A stretch of DNA of 61,217 bases from an uncultured virus (IMG/VR IMGVR_UViG_3300032226_001346) (IMGVR_UViG_3300032226_001346); one strand, 5' to 3'; shown: positions 46,646-57,003, numbered from the stretch's first letter. The notes: generated by a model from the sequence alone, not told the origin. Numbers and translations: made by a program.

Positions 46646-48688
46646 CTAAGAGGCGCCCGAGGTCCACAAAGCACGGTATAATCTGCTTCTTCCGCCTGGA
46701 AGTGCATACTCTGGCACTGATATAGACCCCATTGTTGGCCTCTTCGCAATTGGAAGTTTTTTAAGTAATTCATTGAATTCTTCTTGGTACATTTTTGCTG
46801 TATCCTTCAAACTGTTTATTGCATCAAATCCGCCTTGTTCTGGGTCTTGCACAAGTAATCTTCTTTCCCGCGAATTCAATCCCACTAAAAGTTGTCTCAA
46901 AAGGTAATAAGTGGCACCAGATACAAGAGTTTGATCATACCAAAATGGGGTGGAAGCCACGCTATAAATCTTATTCAAACCCGGTTGTGCATTAATCGCT
47001 TGAAGAGCCATATAAAGAGCATTATTGATTTGAGCATTAGTGAAAAGCTTAACATAATATGTAACCAAAATTACATCATACTCTTGGACACTTACTGGAT
47101 TCCCGTAATTATCATAAAAATAAAGCTTTCCTTCGTTTGTGAATCTGTAAAATAGGCCATTTGGATAATTATTGTTTGTTGTAGCTATATCAAAGGGGTC
47201 ACTATTTGATTGATCCAAAGTAGAATAAATTGGCGTATAAGGGCTTAATACATACATAGATGATCTTTGACCCTGATTGGTGCTCACACTGATTCTTACT
47301 TGAGGAGCGGGATCGGTAACAATATCTCCGTGAGCTAGTGTTGCTGATTGGCGCGAGAAACCAAATAAAAGTTCTTCATCGTAAACTGGCACCCTAAGCA
47401 AAGAGTTCAATTCATATAACACGCTAGATTTAATAAGAAGCTCATCGCCAGAAATCGGTGGAATTGAAAATACAGTGGAATAATTAGCTGTAGACTGTTT
47501 GATATAATAAATAGTTTCGGGGCCGCCATTTGCATCAATATATTCTGTGAGCGGCGCTTCAACCATCCCTAAATAATTAAGTTGGGTGGGAAAATATGTC
47601 AATCTATCATTGTAGTCGCCGATGATTAAATTATACCTCTGGTCTTCAACAATGCATGAAGGATTATTAAACTGAAGATAAGCTACACCTTGCGAACCCA
47701 CTTTATTCAGGAATGAACCAGTGTATGATGTTGTTGAAGATGTAGAAATCACCTGATAGGAATATCCATCAAATGTTCCATAGTTTTTGGTGCTTATTGT
47801 GACATTTGATCCAGCTATTAAATAAATTGCATCATTGTATGTGTCTGTAGCGATTATCAAACCTGCATGATTATAGATAATTGCAGAATATGTTTGTGAA
47901 GCATTCGGTGCCAAAGAAAAACCAAACGTGAATGCGTTGGTGCCCTGGCCTCCTGGATTGATAAATTCATACACAATATTAGCTGTGTCAATTATTGCGA
48001 GTTTATCATTTTCGTAAATTGCAATTTTTTTTGGATTATTAGCTAAGCTATTACTGCCTGTTGTGGCTATTGGCCCACTATATGTAGCAATGAGATTTCC
48101 AGCATTTACAGTTAAAGAGACAGCATTTACCAGATTGTTAATTGAAAAATATAAAATTGATTGAAATACATCAAAATCATATCCGGTGTAGCTACCAAGA
48201 GGTGAAGAAACACAATTGTTAAAAGAAATCGAAGATAGTGCAGTGATGGTGGAGCCAACCACTGAATATACATCAAATGATGTGGTATAACCCACTAATA
48301 AATAATCTATTGCGCCAATTGTTGTGCATTTCATTTGGGTGGGATTAGATTGTGTTGTTAGTGGTTTGATAGTTACTGTAGAAAATGTGTCACCTTGAGT
48401 TATTAATGCAACTAGGTTTTTGGTGGCAGATGCATAATCTACCGCGAAAATATAATTTGTGCCTTTTGCTAGTAAAGTTTGGGTTCCCAGATTTACGGAA
48501 TTTCCAGAATTTGTATATGTGGATGCAATTAGGGGGAATTTAAAACTTAAATTGTTCATTCCGCTAAAGATCAAAGAATAAACAGAATTAAAAGATGTAT
48601 TTGCGTCCCATGAGACATATACACCTGGTGATGATGCATTATTATATTGGCCAATTAAGCCAGTTTGAAATGGAACAGCGCTAGGCAT
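46646..48688 (-). CDS. putative neck/head-tail adaptor with N-terminal beta-propeller (NHL-like) region
   Basis: C-terminal FTNAQINNALYMALQAINAQP..LVSGATYYLL helical domain; QFNNPSCIVEDQRYNLIIGD NHL-like blade. Confidence 0.55.
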   Translation of the reverse strand: MPSAVPFQTGLIGQYNNASSPGVYVSWDANTSFNSVYSLIFSGMNNLSFKFPLIASTYTNSGNSVNLGTQTLLAKGTNYIFAVDYASATKNLVALITQGDTFSTVTIKPLTTQSNPTQMKCTTIGAIDYLLVGYTTSFDVYSVVGSTITALSSISFNNCVSSPLGSYTGYDFDVFQSILYFSINNLVNAVSLTVNAGNLIATYSGPIATTGSNSLANNPKKIAIYENDKLAIIDTANIVYEFINPGGQGTNAFTFGFSLAPNASQTYSAIIYNHAGLIIATDTYNDAIYLIAGSNVTISTKNYGTFDGYSYQVISTSSTTSYTGSFLNKVGSQGVAYLQFNNPSCIVEDQRYNLIIGDYNDRLTYFPTQLNYLGMVEAPLTEYIDANGGPETIYYIKQSTANYSTVFSIPPISGDELLIKSSVLYELNSLLRVPVYDEELLFGFSRQSATLAHGDIVTDPAPQVRISVSTNQGQRSSMYVLSPYTPIYSTLDQSNSDPFDIATTNNNYPNGLFYRFTNEGKLYFYDNYGNPVSVQEYDVILVTYYVKLFTNAQINNALYMALQAINAQPGLNKIYSVASTPFWYDQTLVSGATYYLLRQLLVGLNSRERRLLVQDPEQGGFDAINSLKDTAKMYQEEFNELLKKLPIAKRPTMGSISVPEYALPGGRSRLYRALWTSGAS

Positions 48689-48730
48689 ATCTTTTCTTTA
48701 TAGAAAAATACCAGATATGCCTATGTTATG

Positions 48731-49567
48731 CTATTCTTCATCAATGATGATTTCTTCTGCGAAATCTTGATCTTCATCTTCAATGTCTTCTGTTAAATCA
48801 AAATCATTTTCAGCAAAACCATGTCCATCAATTTCTTGAAAATCTTCAACCTCAAGAATGCCGTACATTTTTTCTTCAACCAATTCATAGTCTGGATCAT
48901 CATCTAAATTGAGCATGTCGCGATTAATATTCCTCATGCTTGCCTTCATCACACCTGTTTCTGAGTTTACATCTCCGCGAGGTTGAGCATAGTAAGACTG
49001 GCCCTTACTACTTGCTGTCGCCACTTTAGTTTCTGATAGAAGCTTGGAAACTACATTTGGATGCTGCTCAACAAATTGCAAAAATTCCTCTGCGGTAAGA
49101 ACATCTCCTCGATCTTGAGCTTTTGCTGAAGCAATGGCGTAAGCTTGCACCACAGACATTGGATGGTTTGCAGTGCCAGTGATATCTAATTCATTCACAT
49201 TTTTTCTACTTGCTTTTTCAAGGTCCATCGTTTCCGCAACCATGTCATTACCTTTTTGATTTTTTTGCTTAGAGTATGTGGCTTTTCTTTGCTGATCTCT
49301 TTCGAGCTGCTTTTTCTCTTTCTTGTATTGAAGATCCATTGTTTTTTCATACTGATCTGGGGTAAGCTTGATAAGATATCCTGTTCTTAGAGCATCCTTT
49401 AAATTTCTTGATTTTTTAATAATAATTGGATCTTCCCAGGTTAAATCTTTCACTTCTTTCGGCGCAAAAGATAGGCCGATATCGCTAACAAAATGATACG
49501 ACAGAGTGCAGTTTTGAACAATAAATGATTCAGGTTCCTGATTAATCACTGCATTGAATTTTTCCAT
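48731..49567 (-). CDS. hypothetical protein with acidic tail
   Basis: 278-aa ORF; TGTATAAT 6 nt before ATG. Confidence 0.65.
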   Translation of the reverse strand: MEKFNAVINQEPESFIVQNCTLSYHFVSDIGLSFAPKEVKDLTWEDPIIIKKSRNLKDALRTGYLIKLTPDQYEKTMDLQYKKEKKQLERDQQRKATYSKQKNQKGNDMVAETMDLEKASRKNVNELDITGTANHPMSVVQAYAIASAKAQDRGDVLTAEEFLQFVEQHPNVVSKLLSETKVATASSKGQSYYAQPRGDVNSETGVMKASMRNINRDMLNLDDDPDYELVEEKMYGILEVEDFQEIDGHGFAENDFDLTEDIEDEDQDFAEEIIIDEE

Positions 49568-49581
49568 AAACTAATTATACA

Positions 49582-49911
49582 TTAAAAATCTGTGAGTTTT
49601 TTATCACCATTTTTAAATTCGTTGCCAAGCCAATATTCGTTTGACTGATTTTCTCTTGAGTCTGGTGGAGCGTCTTTTTTTCTTTTTTGTGTTTCTTCTT
49701 TCATCCATTTACCAGAGTCTAATCTTTTTTCAGTAGCGCCCAGTTTTTTTTGATTATTTGTTCTTCCCTCTTTAGTGGAAAAAGAATCAAATACTCTTTT
49801 CATTTCGCCTTCGCCGCAAGGGCAAACCATTATGCTTTTATAATCATTTAGTGTTAGGTGCAGTTCATGAATAGAATTATCACAAGTACATCGGAATCTA
49901 TAAAGCGGCAT
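49582..49911 (-). CDS. FmdB-family zinc-ribbon protein
   Basis: MPLYRFRC.C..CPCG..MKRVF. Confidence 0.75.
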   Translation of the reverse strand: MPLYRFRCTCDNSIHELHLTLNDYKSIMVCPCGEGEMKRVFDSFSTKEGRTNNQKKLGATEKRLDSGKWMKEETQKRKKDAPPDSRENQSNEYWLGNEFKNGDKKLTDF

Positions 49912-50058
49912 GAAAAATTTGTACATTTTTATTGTGTAAAGTGTCGAGATCATTTTAAATCTAATGAATATGAAGATGTAAAATTTAAGAATGGGAAAAA
50001 TGCAATAAAATGCAAATGTGAAAAGTGCGAAACTGCATCTTATTTAATTACAAAATGA
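49867..50058 (+). CDS. DUF5679-like zinc-ribbon protein
   Basis: FYCVKCR..VKFKNGKNAIKCKCEKC; start uncertain. Confidence 0.55.
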   Translation: MNRIITSTSESIKRHEKFVHFYCVKCRDHFKSNEYEDVKFKNGKNAIKCKCEKCETASYLITK

Positions 50059-51011
50059 TGAAAAAAGAATCTGGAATTGATATTGGAGGGTTGCTCGGTG
50101 AGGGAATTTGTGCAATTGTTGGAGCTGAAACTGGGGGAGCAGGATACGGGGCTTGTGCAGCATTAAAAAAAGGAATAGAGAGTGTAATTTCAAGCACCCA
50201 AAGCGCTGTTCAATCTGGTGAGCGAAGTCCCGATATTGAGAAAGAGCGGTTTCAGACATATAATGAACTTTCCAATTTATTGAGAACTATGGGGGCCACA
50301 GATCCAAAATACACAAACCCAAAACAACTCCAGCATTTTTTTGAAGGCCCTTCTGGCGGTAATATGCTTGCATATAATGCCCCAGAAGGTGCTTTAAAAA
50401 TCGCCAAAGCATTAAGTAGTTTTATTGCTAGTGGATTTTTGGTTAAAGCTTCATATCCAGATTTTATCAATAAAAGCATGGATTGGGTTTTTAATTACTA
50501 TCAAAGAAGCGGCTTTGATATAAATGGTACTTTGCAACAATTGCAAAAATTGCAAAATGAAGCAACTAATCCATTGATGGTTAATTATGTTATTGATGTT
50601 ATCAATAACAATTATTTTGGCGCAATAATGTTCAAGCTAATGATGAGCATTGGCGAGAAAGACTTATCTGCTGTAACAAAAGAATATGGTGAAACTTTAC
50701 AAACTGCCGTAAAAGTTCTTGGTAAACAATCTCCAGATGTATTAAATATTCAAGATGCTATTAATGAAACCGCAAAAGCAACTTTTGATCAATTGGCATT
50801 AAGTGAAAAAGTTTATAAAATTAATCTCGATTATGCGAGAGAACGAGCTAAACACAAAAAAGAATTAATCCAACAAATGGGTCCATGGATAGAAATGGTA
50901 CTTGATTCTCCACAAGCGCATTGGTTCAATTGGTTTAGTCCAGTTATAACATCTTTCGGGAAGGATGGTGTGGCTGGTCAAGCGCTATCACAATTAGGGA
51001 AAAAAACATAA
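50055..51011 (+). CDS. helical virion protein with glycine-rich hydrophobic N-terminus
   Basis: GGLLGEGICAIVGAETGGAGYGACAAL; ATGA-coupled start at 50055. Confidence 0.6.
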   Translation: MMKKESGIDIGGLLGEGICAIVGAETGGAGYGACAALKKGIESVISSTQSAVQSGERSPDIEKERFQTYNELSNLLRTMGATDPKYTNPKQLQHFFEGPSGGNMLAYNAPEGALKIAKALSSFIASGFLVKASYPDFINKSMDWVFNYYQRSGFDINGTLQQLQKLQNEATNPLMVNYVIDVINNNYFGAIMFKLMMSIGEKDLSAVTKEYGETLQTAVKVLGKQSPDVLNIQDAINETAKATFDQLALSEKVYKINLDYARERAKHKKELIQQMGPWIEMVLDSPQAHWFNWFSPVITSFGKDGVAGQALSQLGKKT

Positions 51012-51012
51012 A

Positions 51013-52083
51013 ATGATTTTTAGAAGAGAAGCAGCTGATCAAGACAAAGAAAAACCCTCTAAGAAACCTACTTGGGGTCCACAAGGCGCTGGCACACAGT
51101 CAGATTCTAAATCAAATACTGGACCAAAAGGCAATAACAAAGAAGAAACAAATAAACTTGAAGAGTTTCTGAAAGCAAATCCATGGGTGGCGAAAACAAC
51201 AAAAGACCTTATAGTATTAAAAAACAATAAAGCCATAGCCAAAAATAACCTTAGTGCAGCCGAATCAAAACTTAACACTGATAAAGAACAGTGCCAAGTT
51301 TACAATTTCACACCATCGTATATGACTGCTTGTAAAATAGCTCAACAGGCGAATGACATAACAAAAAATGTTAGCATAGAGCAAGTGGCTAAAGATTATC
51401 AATATTATAAAAATATGCATGAACAATATTTACAAGCACACAAAGCACTAATAGATTTCTGGCCTACTGTTATAAATGCGGCAAAGGCGGCTCAATCGGC
51501 TGAAGTTGAGTATACAGCTCTTAGTAATGTTGACACAGAATTATCTAGTTTTGAATCTGAATATATTATAATAAAAAACCAACACATTAGCATAACAAGG
51601 CAAATGGATATTTTATTAAATCCGGGCCCTTCAGGTAAGAGCATTATCGAATGCTATCAAGAAATAATAGATTTGGGCGTACAGGGATGTAAAATTTGCC
51701 AAGATTCTGCTTCTTCTTTTAAGTCAATGAAAGGAATCGGGCCTGTCACTGTTTATGTACTACAATTAATTTCAATTTATGCACAAATAGCTAATATTTA
51801 TCGCACAGAACTTACTCCAGCGTATGCCTCAATAGCGGCTAGTTCTGATTCCGCAAGTAAAGCAAAAATACAAAATACTGTGGCTTTACTTTCGACAAGA
51901 ATACCACAAGCTTATGCAAGTGAAATTCTTAAAGCCAAATATGGACTCATGATTGGTAAAACTTATGGATTTGTGGATACAAAAGCTCTCGAAATTCTCA
52001 AATCCTTTCTCGAAGATGGCGGTGCCGCTGAAGGCGCTGGCGGTGGTGGAACATTAAGAGCTAACACTGTGGAAAGCAAATAA
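51013..52083 (+). CDS. helical putative virion protein
   Basis: MIFRREAA start; Ala-rich helices. Confidence 0.6.
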   Translation: MIFRREAADQDKEKPSKKPTWGPQGAGTQSDSKSNTGPKGNNKEETNKLEEFLKANPWVAKTTKDLIVLKNNKAIAKNNLSAAESKLNTDKEQCQVYNFTPSYMTACKIAQQANDITKNVSIEQVAKDYQYYKNMHEQYLQAHKALIDFWPTVINAAKAAQSAEVEYTALSNVDTELSSFESEYIIIKNQHISITRQMDILLNPGPSGKSIIECYQEIIDLGVQGCKICQDSASSFKSMKGIGPVTVYVLQLISIYAQIANIYRTELTPAYASIAASSDSASKAKIQNTVALLSTRIPQAYASEILKAKYGLMIGKTYGFVDTKALEILKSFLEDGGAAEGAGGGGTLRANTVESK

Positions 52084-52745
52084 TGGAAGCTTTTCTAGAA
52101 TTCAAAGATATTAATTTAGCTGATTATATCATAAGCCCAAATTGGGAAATTCGAGGAAAAGTTTTTCCTAAAAATCTCAGAACCACTGGAGACACATTTA
52201 ATCAAGAGTTTCCAGATCATGAAAATTGTTTTCCTTATTACAGGGCTTATTCTCAAATTTTATTCCCAAAACAAACACAATCTGAACAAAATACCCAAAA
52301 TGCAAAAACCACTGATATAGAAAATTTGATCGATAAAAAATTTAATAAAATACTTGATTCATTGCCAAAAAATGAAACAAAACAAAACATTAACGAGCAA
52401 AACATAATTTTAGATTCAGAAAATAAAATAATTGAAAATAAGACCAACGAAATATTCGAAAATATAAACAATATAGAAAATAATTTGCAATTTAATTTTG
52501 ATAATCAAAATATACAAAATATAATTGAGCAGAAAAATATTGAATCAAGAAATATAAATATACAAACTGTTTTAGAATTAGAAAAAAGATTATCAGTAAA
52601 TGAAGAGCATAAAAAACCAGTGACACAAAATGATTTAAATCTTGTTCAGCAGAATATTAAAAAAGAAAATACAGAAAATGTAGAAATGTTGAAAAATAAA
52701 ATAAACGAACAGAAAAAATTTATAGAAGATTTCCTTAACTCATGA
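52083..52745 (+). CDS. hypothetical N/E/K-rich coiled-coil protein
   Basis: coupled ORF, low complexity. Confidence 0.55.
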   Translation: MEAFLEFKDINLADYIISPNWEIRGKVFPKNLRTTGDTFNQEFPDHENCFPYYRAYSQILFPKQTQSEQNTQNAKTTDIENLIDKKFNKILDSLPKNETKQNINEQNIILDSENKIIENKTNEIFENINNIENNLQFNFDNQNIQNIIEQKNIESRNINIQTVLELEKRLSVNEEHKKPVTQNDLNLVQQNIKKENTENVEMLKNKINEQKKFIEDFLNS

Positions 52746-55700
52746 GCATACCAGCTGCATACCAAAATCCAGATAGACAGCCCTGCGCCGGCGGGGTTTC
52801 CTGGGTGCCACAAACGCCACCTAATATTGGTGGAATAAATCCCTTGTTGGGATTTCGAACACTTGTGATTGATCGCGGAAGATTTCGAAATTATATAGTT
52901 CCTATAGAAGGTAGCCCGGATGTTACGGTGTCACCGGCAAAAATTTATAGAGGTGATCCAAACGCGCCAATTTATAACGTCACAAGGCCACTGGACACAT
53001 TTAATAATAGCGTTTACGGCACATCAATTAAATTATCTGATAATACCAATTATGTGGCTACAGGCTCTTCAAAAGAAGATGCTCAAATTGTAAATTACAC
53101 TTTTCCTCAATATGATGCCAATAACCCTTTATCATGTGTGCAAATCACATATGATATGTCTTTTTATTCTGGTGATTCACCGGTAACTAGCGAAGCTATA
53201 TCCACCGCTGCTGGATGCGATGTTTATATAATCACATCATCTGGAAGTCAAGTAAAGATTGGAAGTTTATACCTAACTAGGCTACGCGTTAATCTAGAAG
53301 AAAAAAATGCCACATCTTTTACGGGAATAAGCGATGGTTCTCAGTTTTCCACTGTTAGATTCAAAACAGCAAACGATCAGCTTAATCGATCATCTTACCC
53401 AAAAGTTAAAAGCGTTTTTATAAAAAATAACTATCCTGGTTCGTCTTTAATTATCACTATTAAAAAAATAATGTTTTTCACAGCAGATCGTGTTAATTTT
53501 AGATTTTCAGAAGGAATTGGTACCTCTGGTGCTCAGTTACCATGCAATGCAATCGGATATTCCTTATCAATTTCAGGCCAATTTGTGCCCACCACTTCAT
53601 ATGTAAGTGTAATTGATACTAGCTCTGGGCAACTTAATTTTTCAGGTGGAACAGATAGCAGTGGAGCGTATACTTGGCCTGCATTTGATAGAGTAGTTGG
53701 CTGTAACACTCACATTAAAGTATTTAATCCAGATTATGTAACAAATTCTCCGGGGTTTGCTCATTCTTTAAATCTTCATCTTTTAATAATATCTTTTCCG
53801 TTTACTCCATTTCCTTTAGCTACCAATTTAGGAGTTATTATAGGTCCGAGGCCTTTCTATCAACAACTGATTTTTCGAGGCACCACTAATATAGTGGGTA
53901 ATAACAATATTACTGTGAATACTTTGCAGCCTAAAACAAAACAACAATCTGGTGCTTATATAGTAAATGCTACCGAAAGTGAAACAAATGCTACTGGACC
54001 TTTTCCTATTTTGCCTCTTTCGGAAATCCTTAATAAATCTGATAACCCAATATATGAATTTCAAAGTGATTTACAGGATTACACAAAGCAAACTTTTCAA
54101 AATGTTTATTTTGATACCAACGGCGCTCAGTATTTTGACCCAAACGGTGGAGCAATTCAGTCGGAATCTTATTATGGTGGCCCAGCAAGAGGAGTGAGTT
54201 GTTTAGGTGCCTATGATAATATTTCCAGTAAATATCAGATCAGAACAATCACCTACACTCCGAAGATTTTTTATAGCTCTCCTAAGCTCGAAGATGTTTT
54301 TGCTCAAACACCGTTACTTACATTCAAACTTATATCATCTTATGATTACACTGGAAACAATATTTTACAACCGGGATTTATAACCACAGCTATAAATGCT
54401 CTTAAGTTAGATACTTCTGATGCCTTTGACATAAAGCTTGTTTATAGAATTTTTGCTTTAAATAGAGGACAAAATTATTCTACATATGACCCAAATGATT
54501 CTTCAATAAGTGGTTTTGCCTATGCCCATCATTTAAAGTATATTCCTCAAGCAGGAAGCAAGGCTTCATCTTTAAAAGTGGCAAATTATGACAAATCGTG
54601 GACATTTGATAATGTTTTAGTTTCTGGAAATATTGAATCTGTTTTACAAACAATTTATGCAGATTTAATGATTAATGAATCTAATTACAATTTTAAAATA
54701 GATTCTCAGCCATTTGATCTTTATGTTGGGATTTATGCAATTGCCACATTAAATGACATTGTAAAAAACATAAATTTTGAAAATTTGTCTTCTTTTGATT
54801 TACCACAAATAAGTTTTGTTTTAGATTCTGATTTTATTGTTTATTTACCAATATACTATCCAAAATCTTTTACAAATGGTGGAAATTTGCAAGCTCAAAA
54901 AGATTTTGGCTGGACAGGAAAATATACAGCTGATAAAAACAGATACTATCTCACAAATAAAACATTTACAGGCGAAACATATGATAATGAACAAGCATAT
55001 AATTCAATTTTCTCCGATGTAGGCAGTTTGAGCTCATTGCTCACTTTGAATTTTAAACAGCCACAAGACACCACCCGTGTTTTTTCAAGAATAACTGGCG
55101 GCACTAGTTTAAATCCCGTAGTTACTGAAATAGATTTCATTTTTATTAATGATAATTTGTCTAATGCAGAGGTAGCCGAAGGATTCTGGAACATAAGTTT
55201 GAATGCAGAAGCAGAAAATGCAAAAAAAGCAAAAATTAAAATAGAAGTGGATTTGATTGATACAGTTACCGGAAAATTTTTATTAAAAATATTTAGCACA
55301 CCATATGAATCATTTACAAAAAAAGTGGGCAGTGTATCATACGCAATTAAAATACCTTTTACACTTCCTCCAACAATGACAAATTTGCTATTGCGGGTAT
55401 TTGTCGAAAATTACTCACCCGAGTTTGAATTAAACTTTTCAAATATTAGTGTTACCTCGACAACAATTAATTTTTTTAGTTATCAAAACACCGTACTTCC
55501 TGCCGCTCCACCTTTAGGCTTCTATGAAGATTTACCACTAACCCCAGCGAGCTATGTAGGACAATGTTTTGATTTTTCTTTATTTTTAGATATACCAAGT
55601 AGCAGTAGTATTATTTACGATCCTAAAATTGGAATATACATAAATGGGGCAATCTACAGTCCCACTTGGACTGTAGATTTACCTAAAGATATGGAAGTTA

Positions 55701-56968
55701 ATTATAAAACTAATTTAGTTGACGGCACTTCATTCAAAATTGTTTCTGGTGTGAAACCATATGATATATATTTCAGAACGGGAACCAAGCCGCAAATATC
55801 TTCTTTAGATGCAAAAAAGAATGGAATGACAAATACAGTGCAAACTGTGGTTAATACAGCTACTACTCTGTCCACATTAAATGTTAGACAATATTCCACA
55901 GAATCATATAGAAGATGCACGAATAATAATCAATTAATCTTCACCCCCACATCTTCTGGGACATTTAGTAATTTAACAACTGAGAATCCAGCTCTGGCAA
56001 AATCGGTTACTATGCATCTCACTGGACAAATAAACAAATATGCAAGTACAAACACTATACATTATGAATCAGATTTACCAAATTATTTCGTAGTACAAAC
56101 ATCTCCGCAAGGATCTTATTATCCAGATGATACAGCGAATGATATCATTTCATATTTGTCTATTGCAAATTATGTTAGTATAGATTACAAAGATAATAAT
56201 CTATACTTAGCAGGCACTACAGCTGGTGGAAATTTAATTTATGCAAACAATTCATTATATAATAATATCAACAACCCCACTTTATATTTAGTAGAGGGCA
56301 AAGATGATCAAGAGTTACAAGGGTATGGTATTTCATCAACCTATACACTAGGCGGAACTGTGAATGCTTATTTTCCTGGAATTAAAGTGCATAATTCTAG
56401 TGTATTATTGTTTTATATATTCGCCTCAAGCGCTCAATTTAAGACAAATACAGCCATTTATATTCGAGATTTAAGCTTGTATAATTATCCGCCCTATAAA
56501 TTATTTGATTTTAGTGATTTAGGTATTGATTCCCAAAATATTGACAATATTTCAGTGTGCAAGGATGATGCGCATCCAGATCGCACAGATTTTTCAATAG
56601 CCTTCGGTTGTTTGGGCAAAATTTTTGTTATTAATCTAATTTACACAAGCTATCTAATAACTCACGGAGCGCCAATACTAATATATGGATCTCTTGGCAA
56701 TAACACTGCGATTGGCAACAGCACATTCGTTAATCAGTTGAATGGCTTGATTCAGTCTTCGCAGATTAAAATTCTCAAATTTAACAACTCCCCTGTTACC
56801 ACTTCTTTTTACAAAAAAGATCTTTCTGGTCCACAAAGAGTGGCCTTTGTTGATTATAATGGAATATATGTTGGTGTTCAATTTGTTGACTCAAATTATA
56901 TTTATGAAGTTTTATGTGATAAATATTTCTCCTTGAATGCAACATTCAGAACTATAGGTTTAGTTTGA
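52742..56968 (+). CDS. large tail/baseplate structural protein
   Basis: 1408 aa, beta-rich S/T/N/Y/F composition, adjacent to a hub-like gene. Confidence 0.6.
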   Translation: MSIPAAYQNPDRQPCAGGVSWVPQTPPNIGGINPLLGFRTLVIDRGRFRNYIVPIEGSPDVTVSPAKIYRGDPNAPIYNVTRPLDTFNNSVYGTSIKLSDNTNYVATGSSKEDAQIVNYTFPQYDANNPLSCVQITYDMSFYSGDSPVTSEAISTAAGCDVYIITSSGSQVKIGSLYLTRLRVNLEEKNATSFTGISDGSQFSTVRFKTANDQLNRSSYPKVKSVFIKNNYPGSSLIITIKKIMFFTADRVNFRFSEGIGTSGAQLPCNAIGYSLSISGQFVPTTSYVSVIDTSSGQLNFSGGTDSSGAYTWPAFDRVVGCNTHIKVFNPDYVTNSPGFAHSLNLHLLIISFPFTPFPLATNLGVIIGPRPFYQQLIFRGTTNIVGNNNITVNTLQPKTKQQSGAYIVNATESETNATGPFPILPLSEILNKSDNPIYEFQSDLQDYTKQTFQNVYFDTNGAQYFDPNGGAIQSESYYGGPARGVSCLGAYDNISSKYQIRTITYTPKIFYSSPKLEDVFAQTPLLTFKLISSYDYTGNNILQPGFITTAINALKLDTSDAFDIKLVYRIFALNRGQNYSTYDPNDSSISGFAYAHHLKYIPQAGSKASSLKVANYDKSWTFDNVLVSGNIESVLQTIYADLMINESNYNFKIDSQPFDLYVGIYAIATLNDIVKNINFENLSSFDLPQISFVLDSDFIVYLPIYYPKSFTNGGNLQAQKDFGWTGKYTADKNRYYLTNKTFTGETYDNEQAYNSIFSDVGSLSSLLTLNFKQPQDTTRVFSRITGGTSLNPVVTEIDFIFINDNLSNAEVAEGFWNISLNAEAENAKKAKIKIEVDLIDTVTGKFLLKIFSTPYESFTKKVGSVSYAIKIPFTLPPTMTNLLLRVFVENYSPEFELNFSNISVTSTTINFFSYQNTVLPAAPPLGFYEDLPLTPASYVGQCFDFSLFLDIPSSSSIIYDPKIGIYINGAIYSPTWTVDLPKDMEVNYKTNLVDGTSFKIVSGVKPYDIYFRTGTKPQISSLDAKKNGMTNTVQTVVNTATTLSTLNVRQYSTESYRRCTNNNQLIFTPTSSGTFSNLTTENPALAKSVTMHLTGQINKYASTNTIHYESDLPNYFVVQTSPQGSYYPDDTANDIISYLSIANYVSIDYKDNNLYLAGTTAGGNLIYANNSLYNNINNPTLYLVEGKDDQELQGYGISSTYTLGGTVNAYFPGIKVHNSSVLLFYIFASSAQFKTNTAIYIRDLSLYNYPPYKLFDFSDLGIDSQNIDNISVCKDDAHPDRTDFSIAFGCLGKIFVINLIYTSYLITHGAPILIYGSLGNNTAIGNSTFVNQLNGLIQSSQIKILKFNNSPVTTSFYKKDLSGPQRVAFVDYNGIYVGVQFVDSNYIYEVLCDKYFSLNATFRTIGLV

Positions 56969-57003
56969 GGGTTTTAGTTCAGATTTATTTAATTAAATAG
57001 TTA

